Shown here: piece after piece, positions 36,413 to 44,013 of the stretch | Layout of the letters: every line of letters starts with the position of its first letter | How positions within the stretch are numbered: the first letter of the stretch is position 1 | Virus record (IMG/VR): IMGVR_UViG_3300011338_000526 | DNA length: 64,000 nt | Source of the DNA: a virus | Taxonomy: Duplodnaviria; Heunggongvirae; Uroviricota; Caudoviricetes | Strand: one strand, 5' to 3' | Notes under the pieces: model-generated | What the model saw: only the letters and a program-made list of their open reading frames with translations | What the model was told of the DNA's origin: nothing | The model's database searches: none | Program-made: the position numbers and the translations under genes

Positions 36413-36441
36413 TTGCTTTTTAATCCAGGTTAGGGTAATAT
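36413..36441 (+). promoter_or_regulatory. Rightward early promoter
   Basis: TTGCTT-N17-TAATAT. Confidence 0.5.
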
Positions 36442-36447
36442 GATAAT

Positions 36448-36681
36448 ATGACGAACGACGAAAAGCTGATCGCCGAATTCTTCGCCCGTGGGGGTTCCGT
36501 GACGCGGTGCCGCCCTGGCACCCCCAAAGATCTCTACGGGCTGAAGTTCCGTGGGCTTTTCGGCGGCAAGCGTTCTTACGCCGCTGGCGTTCTTTATCGT
36601 TCTAAGTGCGCTAACGTTGACGGTGAAGCGTTCGGCACGGGTTGTATGATCGCTCGCCCGTCAACCGTCAAAAACGCTTAA
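36448..36681 (+). CDS. Hypothetical early protein
   Basis: LIAEFFARGGSVT.C motif. Confidence 0.6.
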   Translation: MTNDEKLIAEFFARGGSVTRCRPGTPKDLYGLKFRGLFGGKRSYAAGVLYRSKCANVDGEAFGTGCMIARPSTVKNA

Positions 36682-36701
36682 AAATCAAGGAGATAGAGAA
36701 A

Positions 36702-36830
36702 ATGGTGTTCTACGGATACGCGATCGATGCCGACGAGCTGCGAATGTACCTCAACGGCGACTACGACATTTTCGAGATCGTCGAGCAGCACGACGGCACC
36801 TGGTTGGTGGGCTATATCGACCACGGTTAA
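36702..36830 (+). CDS. Small acidic hypothetical protein
   Basis: AAGGAG RBS; MVFYGYAIDADE... Confidence 0.55.
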   Translation: MVFYGYAIDADELRMYLNGDYDIFEIVEQHDGTWLVGYIDHG

Positions 36831-36852
36831 TCTTTTTTTAACAAAATACCCC

Positions 36853-36881
36853 TTGACTTTTTTTCAAAAATGGGGTATGAT
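36853..36881 (+). promoter_or_regulatory. Early promoter cassette (representative; further copies have -35 at 37116, 37339, 37833, 38881, 40102, 42335, 42750, 43217, 45154, 45691, 50568, 50774, 51130, 51979, 52962, 54222, 55456, 58309)
   Basis: CTTGAC(T/G)-N17-TAT(A/G)AT-type, often with shared flanks AACAAAATAGTCC and GGYTTWATMAGA-GAGG. Confidence 0.85.
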
Positions 36882-36905
36882 GGTTTTATCAAGAGGAGAG
36901 AGAAA

Positions 36906-37106
36906 ATGATGAAGTTGATTGCTACGAACGGTGATGAAACCATTGAGCTGGGTTCGGGCTTTACGTTTGAATCGGCTTATGAGCTCATTATTAAGAATGA
37001 TTCTGATCCTGATGCCACTTGGCTGCCAGGCTATGATCTTGAGCTGATTGACGGTGATGAACGCTGGGTGTTTGAATCTGATTGCTGGTGCCCGCTTTTC
37101 GGCTGA
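36906..37106 (+). CDS. Hypothetical early protein
   Basis: GAGGAG RBS after the promoter. Confidence 0.6.
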   Translation: MMKLIATNGDETIELGSGFTFESAYELIIKNDSDPDATWLPGYDLELIDGDERWVFESDCWCPLFG

Positions 37107-37174
37107 AATTAGTCCTTGACTTATTTTTGAATCGAGGGTATAATGTTTTTATAAGATCGAAAGGAATCGAGAAA

Positions 37175-37324
37175 ATGTTTCAGGTTATCGTTCGCCAGTA
37201 TCGCGGCAAGGTCGTCCAAAAGCACTCGTTCGCCAACGAGCAGGAGGCTTGGGACTTCTTCGATCGCTTCAGCGAGGACTACTCCTGCGAGTTCCGCGAC
37301 CTTCGCACCTTGAAGGCGATCTGA
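37175..37324 (+). CDS. Hypothetical early protein
   Basis: AAGGA RBS after the promoter. Confidence 0.55.
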   Translation: MFQVIVRQYRGKVVQKHSFANEQEAWDFFDRFSEDYSCEFRDLRTLKAI

Positions 37325-37386
37325 GCTCAAGATAGTCCTTGACTTTTTATCCCAAACCCAGTATAATCAGTTATGTGAGGGAGTGA

Positions 37387-37836
37387 ATGATGCAGATTAA
37401 GTTCTACAACGTTCCTGCTAAGATCAAGCTGGATCAGCTTAAGCTGGCTGCAAAGTTCTACGCCGAGCAGCTGATGCACAAGAACCTCATCAAGAACCTT
37501 GAGATTCGTGTGTGTTTCTCTAAGAACGATGGTAACACCACGATGTGGGAAGACTGCAACCTTCGCCCACGCGAGTTTACCATCACTCTCGAGCACGGGA
37601 TGGGCTATCGCTATACCTTCCTGACTCTGGCTCACGAGATGGTGCACGTCAAGCAGTACGCCAAGGGTGAGCTGCGAGACTACATTTCGGGTGGTCCGAG
37701 CATGTCTCGTTGGCGCGATGAGAAGCGCGACTGGAGCGATACCGGCTACTGGGACCTGCCCTGGGAGATCGAGGCTTACGGTCGCGAGCGAGGGCTTTAT
37801 GCCAAGTTTCGTTCTTTTTTGAAGAATGGGGCTTGA
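37387..37836 (+). CDS. Putative zinc metalloprotease (HExxH)
   Basis: TLAHEMVHVKQY; PWE.EAY. Confidence 0.7.
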   Translation: MMQIKFYNVPAKIKLDQLKLAAKFYAEQLMHKNLIKNLEIRVCFSKNDGNTTMWEDCNLRPREFTITLEHGMGYRYTFLTLAHEMVHVKQYAKGELRDYISGGPSMSRWRDEKRDWSDTGYWDLPWEIEAYGRERGLYAKFRSFLKNGA

Positions 37837-37885
37837 CTTATTTCTCGAACTAGGCTATGATGGTTTTATCAAGAGGAGATAGAGC

Positions 37886-38182
37886 ATGGCTCGTAAGACT
37901 GTGAATGTGGACCAGCTTCGCGTTAAGATCAACGAGATGCTGGCTGGTAGCACGTGCAGCCCCGACATTCGTCGAGGGATGATAAACACGCTTGAGTTTG
38001 TTCTCCATGAGACCGGGAACTATCAGGGATTCAGATATCTGAATCAGGATCAGGTTCCGAAAGGTCAGCTGCCCGGTGCTCGTTACGAAGGTCATGAGAT
38101 CCTTCCCTATCCGGAATGCTTCGATGACACCGATAACACTCGAGTGGCTTTTTTGTTGTCTTTTGTGGAAAACAAGGTATAA
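37886..38182 (+). CDS. Hypothetical early protein
   Basis: GAGGAG RBS; LE.VLHETGNY.GF.YL. Confidence 0.65.
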   Translation: MARKTVNVDQLRVKINEMLAGSTCSPDIRRGMINTLEFVLHETGNYQGFRYLNQDQVPKGQLPGARYEGHEILPYPECFDDTDNTRVAFLLSFVENKV

Positions 38183-38212
38183 TCCTTTTATAAGATCGAA
38201 GGGGATTGCTGA

Positions 38213-38368
38213 ATGACTGTTATCACTCTGACGCAACGAGAGTATGTCGCCCTGGTTGCTGGGCAAGAGGTTTCCGAAGATGAGATCCTCGAGTTCATTC
38301 GGGACTACGAGGACTGGCAGAAAACGAAAGGAGAGTATTGTGACCAATCGCAAGATTCGCAAGCGTAA
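38213..38368 (+). CDS. Small hypothetical protein
   Basis: Manual ORF MTVITLTQREYV...; RBS present. Confidence 0.5.
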   Translation: MTVITLTQREYVALVAGQEVSEDEILEFIRDYEDWQKTKGEYCDQSQDSQA

Positions 38369-38471
38369 TCCTGTCGCTAAGGCACTGCGCACTCCGATGT
38401 TTCGGAAGCGCACTGTCGAGAGCCGAGTTGTCTATAACCGTAAGAAGATCAAGGAGAATAACGATGCGTAA
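38340..38471 (+). CDS. Small basic protein
   Basis: RNPVAK.LRTP.FRKR.V...Y.RK; GTG start with GGAG RBS. Confidence 0.55.
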   Translation: MTNRKIRKRNPVAKALRTPMFRKRTVESRVVYNRKKIKENNDA

Positions 38472-38697
38472 TTATCCGAATATGTCTTACTGCGCTTTCG
38501 AAAACACCGAGTCGGCTATCAATCAGCTGATCGGAATGCTTTCGTCTGCTGTGGATGATGATAATCCTCTCGACATGTCGACATACGAGCGTCGTGCCTA
38601 TAATCTGCTTCGTGATGCTATGGAAGTTCTTGCTGATCTTATGGAGGCGTATGACGAGATGGAAGTTTCAGAAGAGCTTCTAGTCGATGAGGATTAA
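38464..38697 (+). CDS. Hypothetical protein
   Basis: NMSYC.FENT motif; AAGGAG RBS. Confidence 0.65.
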   Translation: MRNYPNMSYCAFENTESAINQLIGMLSSAVDDDNPLDMSTYERRAYNLLRDAMEVLADLMEAYDEMEVSEELLVDED

Positions 38698-38869
38698 TAA
38701 AATCCGGAATCAAGTCCGGGGTCAAGTCCCGAGTCAAGTCTGGGGTCAAGTCTCGAGTCAAGTCTGGGATCAAGTCTCGAGTCAAGTCTCGGATCAAGTC
38801 AGGGATCAAGTCTCAGGTCAAGTCAGGCTTCGAGTCTATGACCAAGTCTTCGAAGATTTGACGACTTAA
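38687..38869 (+). CDS. QVxx-repeat mini-protein 1 (12-bp CAAGTC-periodic array)
   Basis: About 12 units of CAAGTC+6 nt; ends QVFEDLTT. Confidence 0.65.
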   Translation: MRINKIRNQVRGQVPSQVWGQVSSQVWDQVSSQVSDQVRDQVSGQVRLRVYDQVFEDLTT

Positions 38870-38939
38870 CAAAATAATTGTTGACTATGTTCTCATTATA
38901 AGTTATAATCCATTTATCGACACAGAAAGGATTTAAATT

Positions 38940-39806
38940 ATGATCTCCGCTCTCACTCAAGCCCAGACCGATATGATCCCTGTTTACCGGGACAGGTGGC
39001 TTAAGATTGGTCTGCGCACCGAGGCTCTTGACTTCAAGCGTGCCAGCGAGGCTCTGAAGCTTTGCTACACCAGCCGTGGTCTGGATGCCCCGGAGAAGAT
39101 TTTGTACGCCACTGGTCCTAAGGACGCGTATAAGATTTACAAGTCTATCAATCCTTCGGGTAGCGTTACGGATTTCATGAATTCCATGATTTACGGTGCG
39201 CATGATAGCTCTTGGTTGAGCTTCTACTCTTATTTCAATGACGTGTGCAATCTGGATCTGTCTGCTACAAGTCCTCTTATCGCCTTCGCGAAGGAAGCGT
39301 GCTGGACGTATGTGGATGCAGAATTCGCGATCATCCAGGAATTTCCGCTGAGCATCAAGTTCGATGATCAGAACCGTCTGCATTGCGAAGATGGTCCTGC
39401 CATTGAGTATCAGGATGGTACCATGGTGTTTGCTTGGCATGGGGTGCGCCTTGATCGTAGCCGCTGGAATTGGATTCTCGATAAGAAGAGCATCCAAGCC
39501 AAGGCTGCTCTTAAGGAAGACAACCTTGAGCTTCGCCGTGTTGCATGCGAAATCCTCGGCTGGGTTCATATCCTCAAGGAGCTGAAGTCTAAGGTGATCG
39601 ATGAGGATGCTGATCCTATGATTGGCACTCTTTTGGAGGTCAACATTCCGGATGTGGGTAAGGAGAAGTTTCTGCGAGTGCTTTGCGGTACTGGTCGTGA
39701 ATTCGCTATCCCGGTTCCGCCGACCGTTAAGACTGCACTTGAAGCCAATGCTTGGACGTATGGTGTTGAGCCCGAGCAGCTGAGGGATTTGGAATTCCGC
39801 ACCTAA
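38940..39806 (+). CDS. DUF6745-like domain protein
   Basis: YGAHD..WL.FY.YF; RLHCEDGPAI.Y.DG...AWHGV; N.E.RR...E..GW; LRV.C.TGREFAI.VPP. Confidence 0.7.
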   Translation: MISALTQAQTDMIPVYRDRWLKIGLRTEALDFKRASEALKLCYTSRGLDAPEKILYATGPKDAYKIYKSINPSGSVTDFMNSMIYGAHDSSWLSFYSYFNDVCNLDLSATSPLIAFAKEACWTYVDAEFAIIQEFPLSIKFDDQNRLHCEDGPAIEYQDGTMVFAWHGVRLDRSRWNWILDKKSIQAKAALKEDNLELRRVACEILGWVHILKELKSKVIDEDADPMIGTLLEVNIPDVGKEKFLRVLCGTGREFAIPVPPTVKTALEANAWTYGVEPEQLRDLEFRT

Positions 39807-39822
39807 TAGGGGATTCTCAAAG

Positions 39823-39930
39823 GTGTTGCGAAACGTGTTGCGACAAATCTATCAAGTCTCGGATCAAGTATGGATTCCAGTCAAGCATCAAGTCTATGAT
39901 CAAGTCGGGGAGGATCTAGATGATAATTAA
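39823..39930 (+). CDS. QVxx-repeat mini-protein 2
   Basis: Manual ORF (GTG) ...QVSDQVWIPVKHQVYDQVGEDLDDN, 35 aa. Confidence 0.45.
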   Translation: MLRNVLRQIYQVSDQVWIPVKHQVYDQVGEDLDDN

Positions 39931-40090
39931 TCAAGTCAGGGATCAAGTCGGGCTTCGAATCCGGGATCAAATCTCGGAACAAGTCTATAACCAAGTCTCG
40001 GGTCAAGTCAAGATTCAAGTCTGGAATCAAGTATGGATTCTAGTCAAGATTCAAGTCTGGAATCAAGTCTTCGAAGATTTAATGACTTAA
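39920..40090 (+). CDS. QVxx-repeat mini-protein 3
   Basis: Manual ORF MIINQVRDQVGLRIRDQISEQVYNQV...QVFEDLMT, 56 aa; GGAGG RBS. Confidence 0.65.
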   Translation: MIINQVRDQVGLRIRDQISEQVYNQVSGQVKIQVWNQVWILVKIQVWNQVFEDLMT

Positions 40091-40161
40091 CAAAATAACT
40101 GTTGACGACAATCGCTTTATAAGCTAGTATACATACATTACCGCAGAAAGGATAATTTACA

Positions 40162-40524
40162 ATGAAGATCGTTCGTAACATGGCTGCTCAGGGTGACTTT
40201 CTTATTCTGCGCATCAAGAATATTCCGGATGGCGTGGTGTCTGTTGCGCCCGAAGATGGAAAGATCATTGTCGCTCATAGCGAAACTGGTCACAATCACG
40301 TGATGGAAGCTACGAGAGTGGAAGCTTTCGAGATTCCTACCGAAAAGTCTAACACTCAGAATGTTGATCTGTATAAGCTGTTCCTCCTGGTTAAGGAAGA
40401 CACTCAGATCGATCACCTGCGTTCTTTTGACGCCCATGAAACTATCATGGTTCCGCCTGGCACGTATGAGATTCGTCGCCAGCGCGAGTACACTGCTGAA
40501 GGCTTTCGTCGAGCCTCTGACTGA
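40162..40524 (+). CDS. QGD/ETGHxH beta-rich protein, typical neighbour of DUF6745 genes
   Basis: AAQGD...VAHSETGHNH...H...H..I.VPPG.YEIRRQREY. Confidence 0.65.
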   Translation: MKIVRNMAAQGDFLILRIKNIPDGVVSVAPEDGKIIVAHSETGHNHVMEATRVEAFEIPTEKSNTQNVDLYKLFLLVKEDTQIDHLRSFDAHETIMVPPGTYEIRRQREYTAEGFRRASD

Positions 40525-40580
40525 GATTTGGTCTTGTTTGTTTAGGCGTAGTGAATTCAATCTTAGCGGTGGAGGTAATT

Positions 40581-40757
40581 GTGTCTAAACGACATGTCCG
40601 AGAACTAGTCCCGAGTCAAGTCTGGGGTCAAGTCTCGAGTCAAGTCCAGAATCAAGTCTCGAGTCAAGTCGGGCGTCAAGTCTGGGATCCAGTCTTGGAT
40701 CAAGTCTATGAGGATCTTGTGTATGATTGGTCGAAACAAATGAAGGAGGCTGAATAG
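40581..40757 (+). CDS. QVxx-repeat mini-protein 4
   Basis: GTG start with GGAGG RBS; ...QVWGQVSSQVQNQVSSQVGRQVWDPVLDQVYEDL... Confidence 0.65.
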   Translation: MSKRHVRELVPSQVWGQVSSQVQNQVSSQVGRQVWDPVLDQVYEDLVYDWSKQMKEAE

Positions 40758-40973
40758 ATGAATGAACAAGTTTACGATCAGGAAGTTGCTGTAGAGGATC
40801 GTAAGATTCGCCGCAGTTTCACTTTCGAAATGTATGCGCCCACTAGCTACTCTCCATCCGGTGTTCCGATGATGGATCGAATCAGTGTGCAAATGCAGGG
40901 CGAGAATCTTAATCGTGATGACGTCATCGCTAAGTTTGAAGACTTCCTTATTGCTTGTGGATATGGTCGATGA
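40758..40973 (+). CDS. Hypothetical protein
   Basis: AAGGAGG RBS. Confidence 0.6.
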   Translation: MNEQVYDQEVAVEDRKIRRSFTFEMYAPTSYSPSGVPMMDRISVQMQGENLNRDDVIAKFEDFLIACGYGR

Positions 40974-41293
40974 AGCTCCTGTTTTGCTCAAACTGCGGTG
41001 ATGTGTTCAGTCTGCGCACCCAACACACTCGACAGTGCGAGTGCGGTGCAGTCTTGGGTCGATATATAGATGATCTGAACGTTGAAGTTATGGGAGACCC
41101 TATCGTCTTGGGATTTGCCAACCAGAGCTTCTTAAATGCAATTCGTATGCAACTAGCTCGTGGCGATTCTCTAGAGACGATGGACTATCCTGGAGGTAAA
41201 GTTGCGAAGGGCAGAACCTTTGAAGCTTTCATCATACCTGAGAGTGCTAAGTCTGTGAAATATATTGATAAGGTTAATGGTAATGGATCGTAG
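40970..41293 (+). CDS. Zn-ribbon hypothetical protein
   Basis: MKLLFCSNCGD...QCECG. Confidence 0.65.
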   Translation: MKLLFCSNCGDVFSLRTQHTRQCECGAVLGRYIDDLNVEVMGDPIVLGFANQSFLNAIRMQLARGDSLETMDYPGGKVAKGRTFEAFIIPESAKSVKYIDKVNGNGS

Positions 41294-42146
41294 AGTTTTT
41301 CTTCTTGCTGCTCCGGCAGTTTTTGCAACTAGCAAGGCTCAGTCTCAGGCTGTTGCTATCACTGGTGCTGGCGCTACATTTCCGGCACCTCTGTATTACT
41401 CTTGGGCTGCTCGTGCTGCTAGAGTTGCAGAACTTCGACTGCGCGTCAATTATCAATCGATCGGTTCTGGTGGCGGTATCAATCAAATCAGAGCCAGGAC
41501 TGTTGACTTTGGTGCCACTGATGCGCCTCTAGCTGATCCGGGAGACATGTATCAATTTCCGACAGTAGAGGGTCGAGTGGTTCCTATTTACAATCTACCC
41601 GGCATCTCTAATCTTAATCTGAATATGTCTTTGATTGTTCAGATGTATCAAGGTCGGATCAATTTTTGGAACGACCCGCAGATTGCGGCACTTAATCCTA
41701 ACGTCAATCTTCCGCGTGTAGCGATTGTGCCTATATACAGGGCTGACGGTTCCGGTACTACTTTCATTTGGACTGGTGGTATGCGCGATTCTAATTCTGG
41801 TTGGACAGATGCTGCAACTTCAATCAGCTGGCCAGTCGGCACTGGTGCCCGAGGCAACGAGGGTGTGTCAAATACAGTCCAGCGAGTTCGAGGTGCTATC
41901 GGCTACGTTGAATATATATATTCTAGAGTCAACAACATTCCGACGGTTGAAGGGTTTGATGCTCCGAGAGGCAAGACTTACATCCTGCTTCCTAAGGAAC
42001 CTAAGAATCGGTCCAATCATGATGCTTGCGTGAGGTTCTTCGAATGGAGTCTTACACATGGTCTCGAAGTGGCTAGGACTATGCATTACCACACTCTTCC
42101 AGAAGAGACTTATGCTGGAATCATTCGAGAACTTAAGAGTATGTGA
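41283..42146 (+). CDS. pstS: Phosphate ABC transporter substrate-binding protein
   Basis: GAGATFP.PLY, NYQSIGSG.GI, DFGATD, YRADGSGTT, G..GNEGV, IGYVEY. Confidence 0.92.
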   Translation: MDRRVFLLAAPAVFATSKAQSQAVAITGAGATFPAPLYYSWAARAARVAELRLRVNYQSIGSGGGINQIRARTVDFGATDAPLADPGDMYQFPTVEGRVVPIYNLPGISNLNLNMSLIVQMYQGRINFWNDPQIAALNPNVNLPRVAIVPIYRADGSGTTFIWTGGMRDSNSGWTDAATSISWPVGTGARGNEGVSNTVQRVRGAIGYVEYIYSRVNNIPTVEGFDAPRGKTYILLPKEPKNRSNHDACVRFFEWSLTHGLEVARTMHYHTLPEETYAGIIRELKSM

Positions 42147-42150
42147 ATAA

Positions 42151-42226
42151 GCCCACTTAGCCCAGCGGAAGAGGCACAGGTCTTAAAAACCTTCAAGGGC
42201 GGGTTCGAATCCCGCAGTGGGTACCA
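42151..42226 (+). tRNA. trnL: tRNA-Leu(TAA), short variable arm
   Basis: Cloverleaf; loop CTTAAAA; CCA. Confidence 0.8.
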
Positions 42227-42232
42227 ACTTGG

Positions 42233-42306
42233 GTCGGTGAAGTGTTACGGTAGCACGGCAGTCTCCAAAACTGCAGGCGTAGGTTCGACTCCTACCACCC
42301 TCGCCA
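42233..42306 (+). tRNA. trnW: tRNA-Trp(CCA), two acceptor-stem mismatches
   Basis: GCAGT-CTCCAAA-ACTGC; TTCGACT; CCA. Confidence 0.75.
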
Positions 42307-42388
42307 ACATTAACAAGTTTTAATAAATTACTGCTTGACTTTTTTATCGAACCGGGCTATAATGGCTTATAAGATGAGGAACGAACGA

Positions 42389-42637
42389 ATGCGATATATG
42401 CTTTTTGCCGGCGATAACTACTACCCCTGCGGCGGTATGGATGACTTTCGTGGGCGTTTCGATACGTTGACTGAGCTGATGAAGAACATCGGTCGGGCTG
42501 ACTGGTTCAATGTGTATGACACTGTTCGGGACGAGACTGTGGTTTGCCCCGATATCCGTATGATGAACGCTCAGCAGATTCGCGATTGGGCTGACGAAGA
42601 AGAACGCCTCGCTTCTGTTGACGATATGTGTCGGTAA
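42389..42637 (+). CDS. Hypothetical early protein
   Basis: MRYMLFAGDNYYPCGGMDDF; promoter and RBS. Confidence 0.65.
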   Translation: MRYMLFAGDNYYPCGGMDDFRGRFDTLTELMKNIGRADWFNVYDTVRDETVVCPDIRMMNAQQIRDWADEEERLASVDDMCR

Positions 42638-42644
42638 TTGTTAC

Positions 42645-42720
42645 GGATCCTTAGTTCAGTTGGCAGAACACTGCACTTTTAATGCATATGTCCTGGGTTC
42701 GAGTCCCAGAGGATCCTCCA
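42645..42720 (+). tRNA. trnK: tRNA-Lys(TTT)
   Basis: Loop CTTTTAA; CCA. Confidence 0.9.
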
Positions 42721-42810
42721 AAAATTAACATTTCTTAACAAAATAGTCCTTGACTTATTTCTCAAACTAGGTTATAATGGCTTATAAGATGAGAACGAAA
42801 GGAATTCGAA

Positions 42811-42987
42811 ATGTCTGAGTATCATGTTCAGTGGCAGGATAGCGCGGGTTGGCGTACCTGTATTACGCTGAGTGCCTCTAACGGTCCTGAGCGTCTGCTT
42901 CAGGAAATGAAGAGTGCCCAGTCTTGCTACCCTGGTTATCGAATCCGAGTCGTGGACGACAACGGTCGTCTTATCGATTCTCTCTGA
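42811..42987 (+). CDS. Small hypothetical early protein
   Basis: Manual ORF MSEYHVQWQDSAGWRTC...; promoter and AAGGA RBS. Confidence 0.6.
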   Translation: MSEYHVQWQDSAGWRTCITLSASNGPERLLQEMKSAQSCYPGYRIRVVDDNGRLIDSL

Positions 42988-42993
42988 AGGAGT

Positions 42994-43203
42994 GTGAAGA
43001 TGACTGGTCATGATGCCGATCGTCAAGTCAATAATATGGTTGGCGTAGCTTCCCTAGCTATCGCACTTACTGTGGTGGCTGCTTGGGTGACTCACGTCTT
43101 GATTTCGATTAAGGCATCCGCCTGGATCCTTCTTGTCGTAGGCATCTTCGTGCCTCCTATTGGCTGGGTTCACGGAATTGGGGTTTGGTTCGGTCTAGTC
43201 TGA
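42994..43203 (+). CDS. Small membrane protein
   Basis: Two hydrophobic segments; G...PPIGWVHG.G.W. Confidence 0.6.
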   Translation: MKMTGHDADRQVNNMVGVASLAIALTVVAAWVTHVLISIKASAWILLVVGIFVPPIGWVHGIGVWFGLV

Positions 43204-43284
43204 CTCAAAAAAGTCCTTGACTTATTTCCCGGACTAGGCTATACTGACTGAGTTGAATGAGTTTACAGTTTGATAAATAACTCG

Positions 43285-43326
43285 GAATGAGTGTCGAAGC
43301 CCATTCTTTCTTTCGCTCTTTGACAA
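43285..43326 (+). promoter_or_regulatory. boxB-like hairpin plus rrn-type boxA (GCTCTTTGACAA)
   Basis: Hairpin 43285-43306 and boxA 43315-43326 lie between promoter 43217-43245 and the first tRNA of the main array. Confidence 0.55.
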
Positions 43327-43338
43327 TTTAATAATTAT

Positions 43339-43413
43339 GGACGAGTAGCTCAGAGGCAGAGCGGCTGGCTCTTAACCAGCGGGTCGGGATTTCGAAATTC
43401 CCCTCGTTCACCA
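43339..43413 (+). tRNA. trnK: tRNA-Lys(CTT)
   Basis: GCTGG-CTCTTAA-CCAGC; CCA. Confidence 0.9.
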
Positions 43414-43415
43414 TT

Positions 43416-43490
43416 GGATCCTTGGTCGATTGGCTTAGGCACAGGTCTGCAAAATCTGTTAGAGTGGTTCGATTCCACTAGGATCCTCCA
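43416..43490 (+). tRNA. trnC: tRNA-Cys(GCA)
   Basis: Loop CTGCAAA; CCA. Confidence 0.9.
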
Positions 43491-43495
43491 AGTTT

Positions 43496-43587
43496 GGGCA
43501 AGTTGATGCTATGGTGTGTGCATCCCCTGACTGTAAATCAGGTCCCATCGGGTAAACATTGTTGGTTCGACTCCGACCTTGCCCATA
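43496..43587 (+). tRNA. trnY: tRNA-Tyr(GTA)
   Basis: CCTGA-CTGTAAA-TCAGG; long variable arm; no encoded CCA. Confidence 0.8.
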
Positions 43588-43600
43588 TCCTTTCTAGTTG

Positions 43601-43608
43601 TATAAATA
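43601..43608 (+). promoter_or_regulatory. Late promoter inside the tRNA array
   Basis: TATAAATA. Confidence 0.6.
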
Positions 43609-43624
43609 CGTTACGCAAGAATTT

Positions 43625-43700
43625 TGGTTAGTAGCTCAGTTGGTAGAGCAGGTGACTGTTAATCACCGGGTCACAGGTTCGAGTCCTGTCTAGCCAGCCA
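43625..43700 (+). tRNA. trnN: tRNA-Asn(GTT)
   Basis: GGTGA-CTGTTAA-TCACC; CCA. Confidence 0.92.
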
Positions 43701-43705
43701 GAATT

Positions 43706-43780
43706 GCCCGCAAAGCATACGTGGCGATGCAGGGGTTTTGTAAACCTCAGAACTTGGTTCGATTCCGAGTGCGGGCACCA
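43706..43780 (+). tRNA. trnT: tRNA-Thr(TGT)
   Basis: Loop TTTGTAA; CCA. Confidence 0.88.
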
Positions 43781-43783
43781 GTC

Positions 43784-43877
43784 TCCTACGCTGTAGGATA
43801 GCAGTCGGTGGCTTAAGATGGTGTCTTAAGATATTGTGGGCTAACCACCTACAGCCGAGTATCGCTACAGCGTAGGA
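43784..43877 (+). ncRNA. Unclassified structured RNA
   Basis: Perfect 13-bp terminal stem with internal hairpins. Confidence 0.45.
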
Positions 43878-43887
43878 CCAGAGTTTC

Positions 43888-43963
43888 GCTTCTGTAGCTC
43901 AGTTGGGAGAGCAGAGTGTTGATAACACTCAGGTCGTTGGGTCGGGACCAACCAGAAGCACCA
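43888..43963 (+). tRNA. trnI: tRNA-Ile(GAT), atypical T-loop GTCGGGA
   Basis: GAGTG-TTGATAA-CACTC; CCA. Confidence 0.85.
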
Positions 43964-44013
43964 GACTAACTTGTATAGCTGCTAGGAGCCGCATTGAGCT
44001 ATATAAGAGCAAG

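Noticed and set aside
38700-40710. CAAGTC arrays as a CRISPR array or DGR
   Set aside because: The repeat is only 6-7 nt with 5-6 nt spacers; the 12-bp period keeps an open frame; no cas or reverse transcriptase gene in the window; variation is not adenine-specific.
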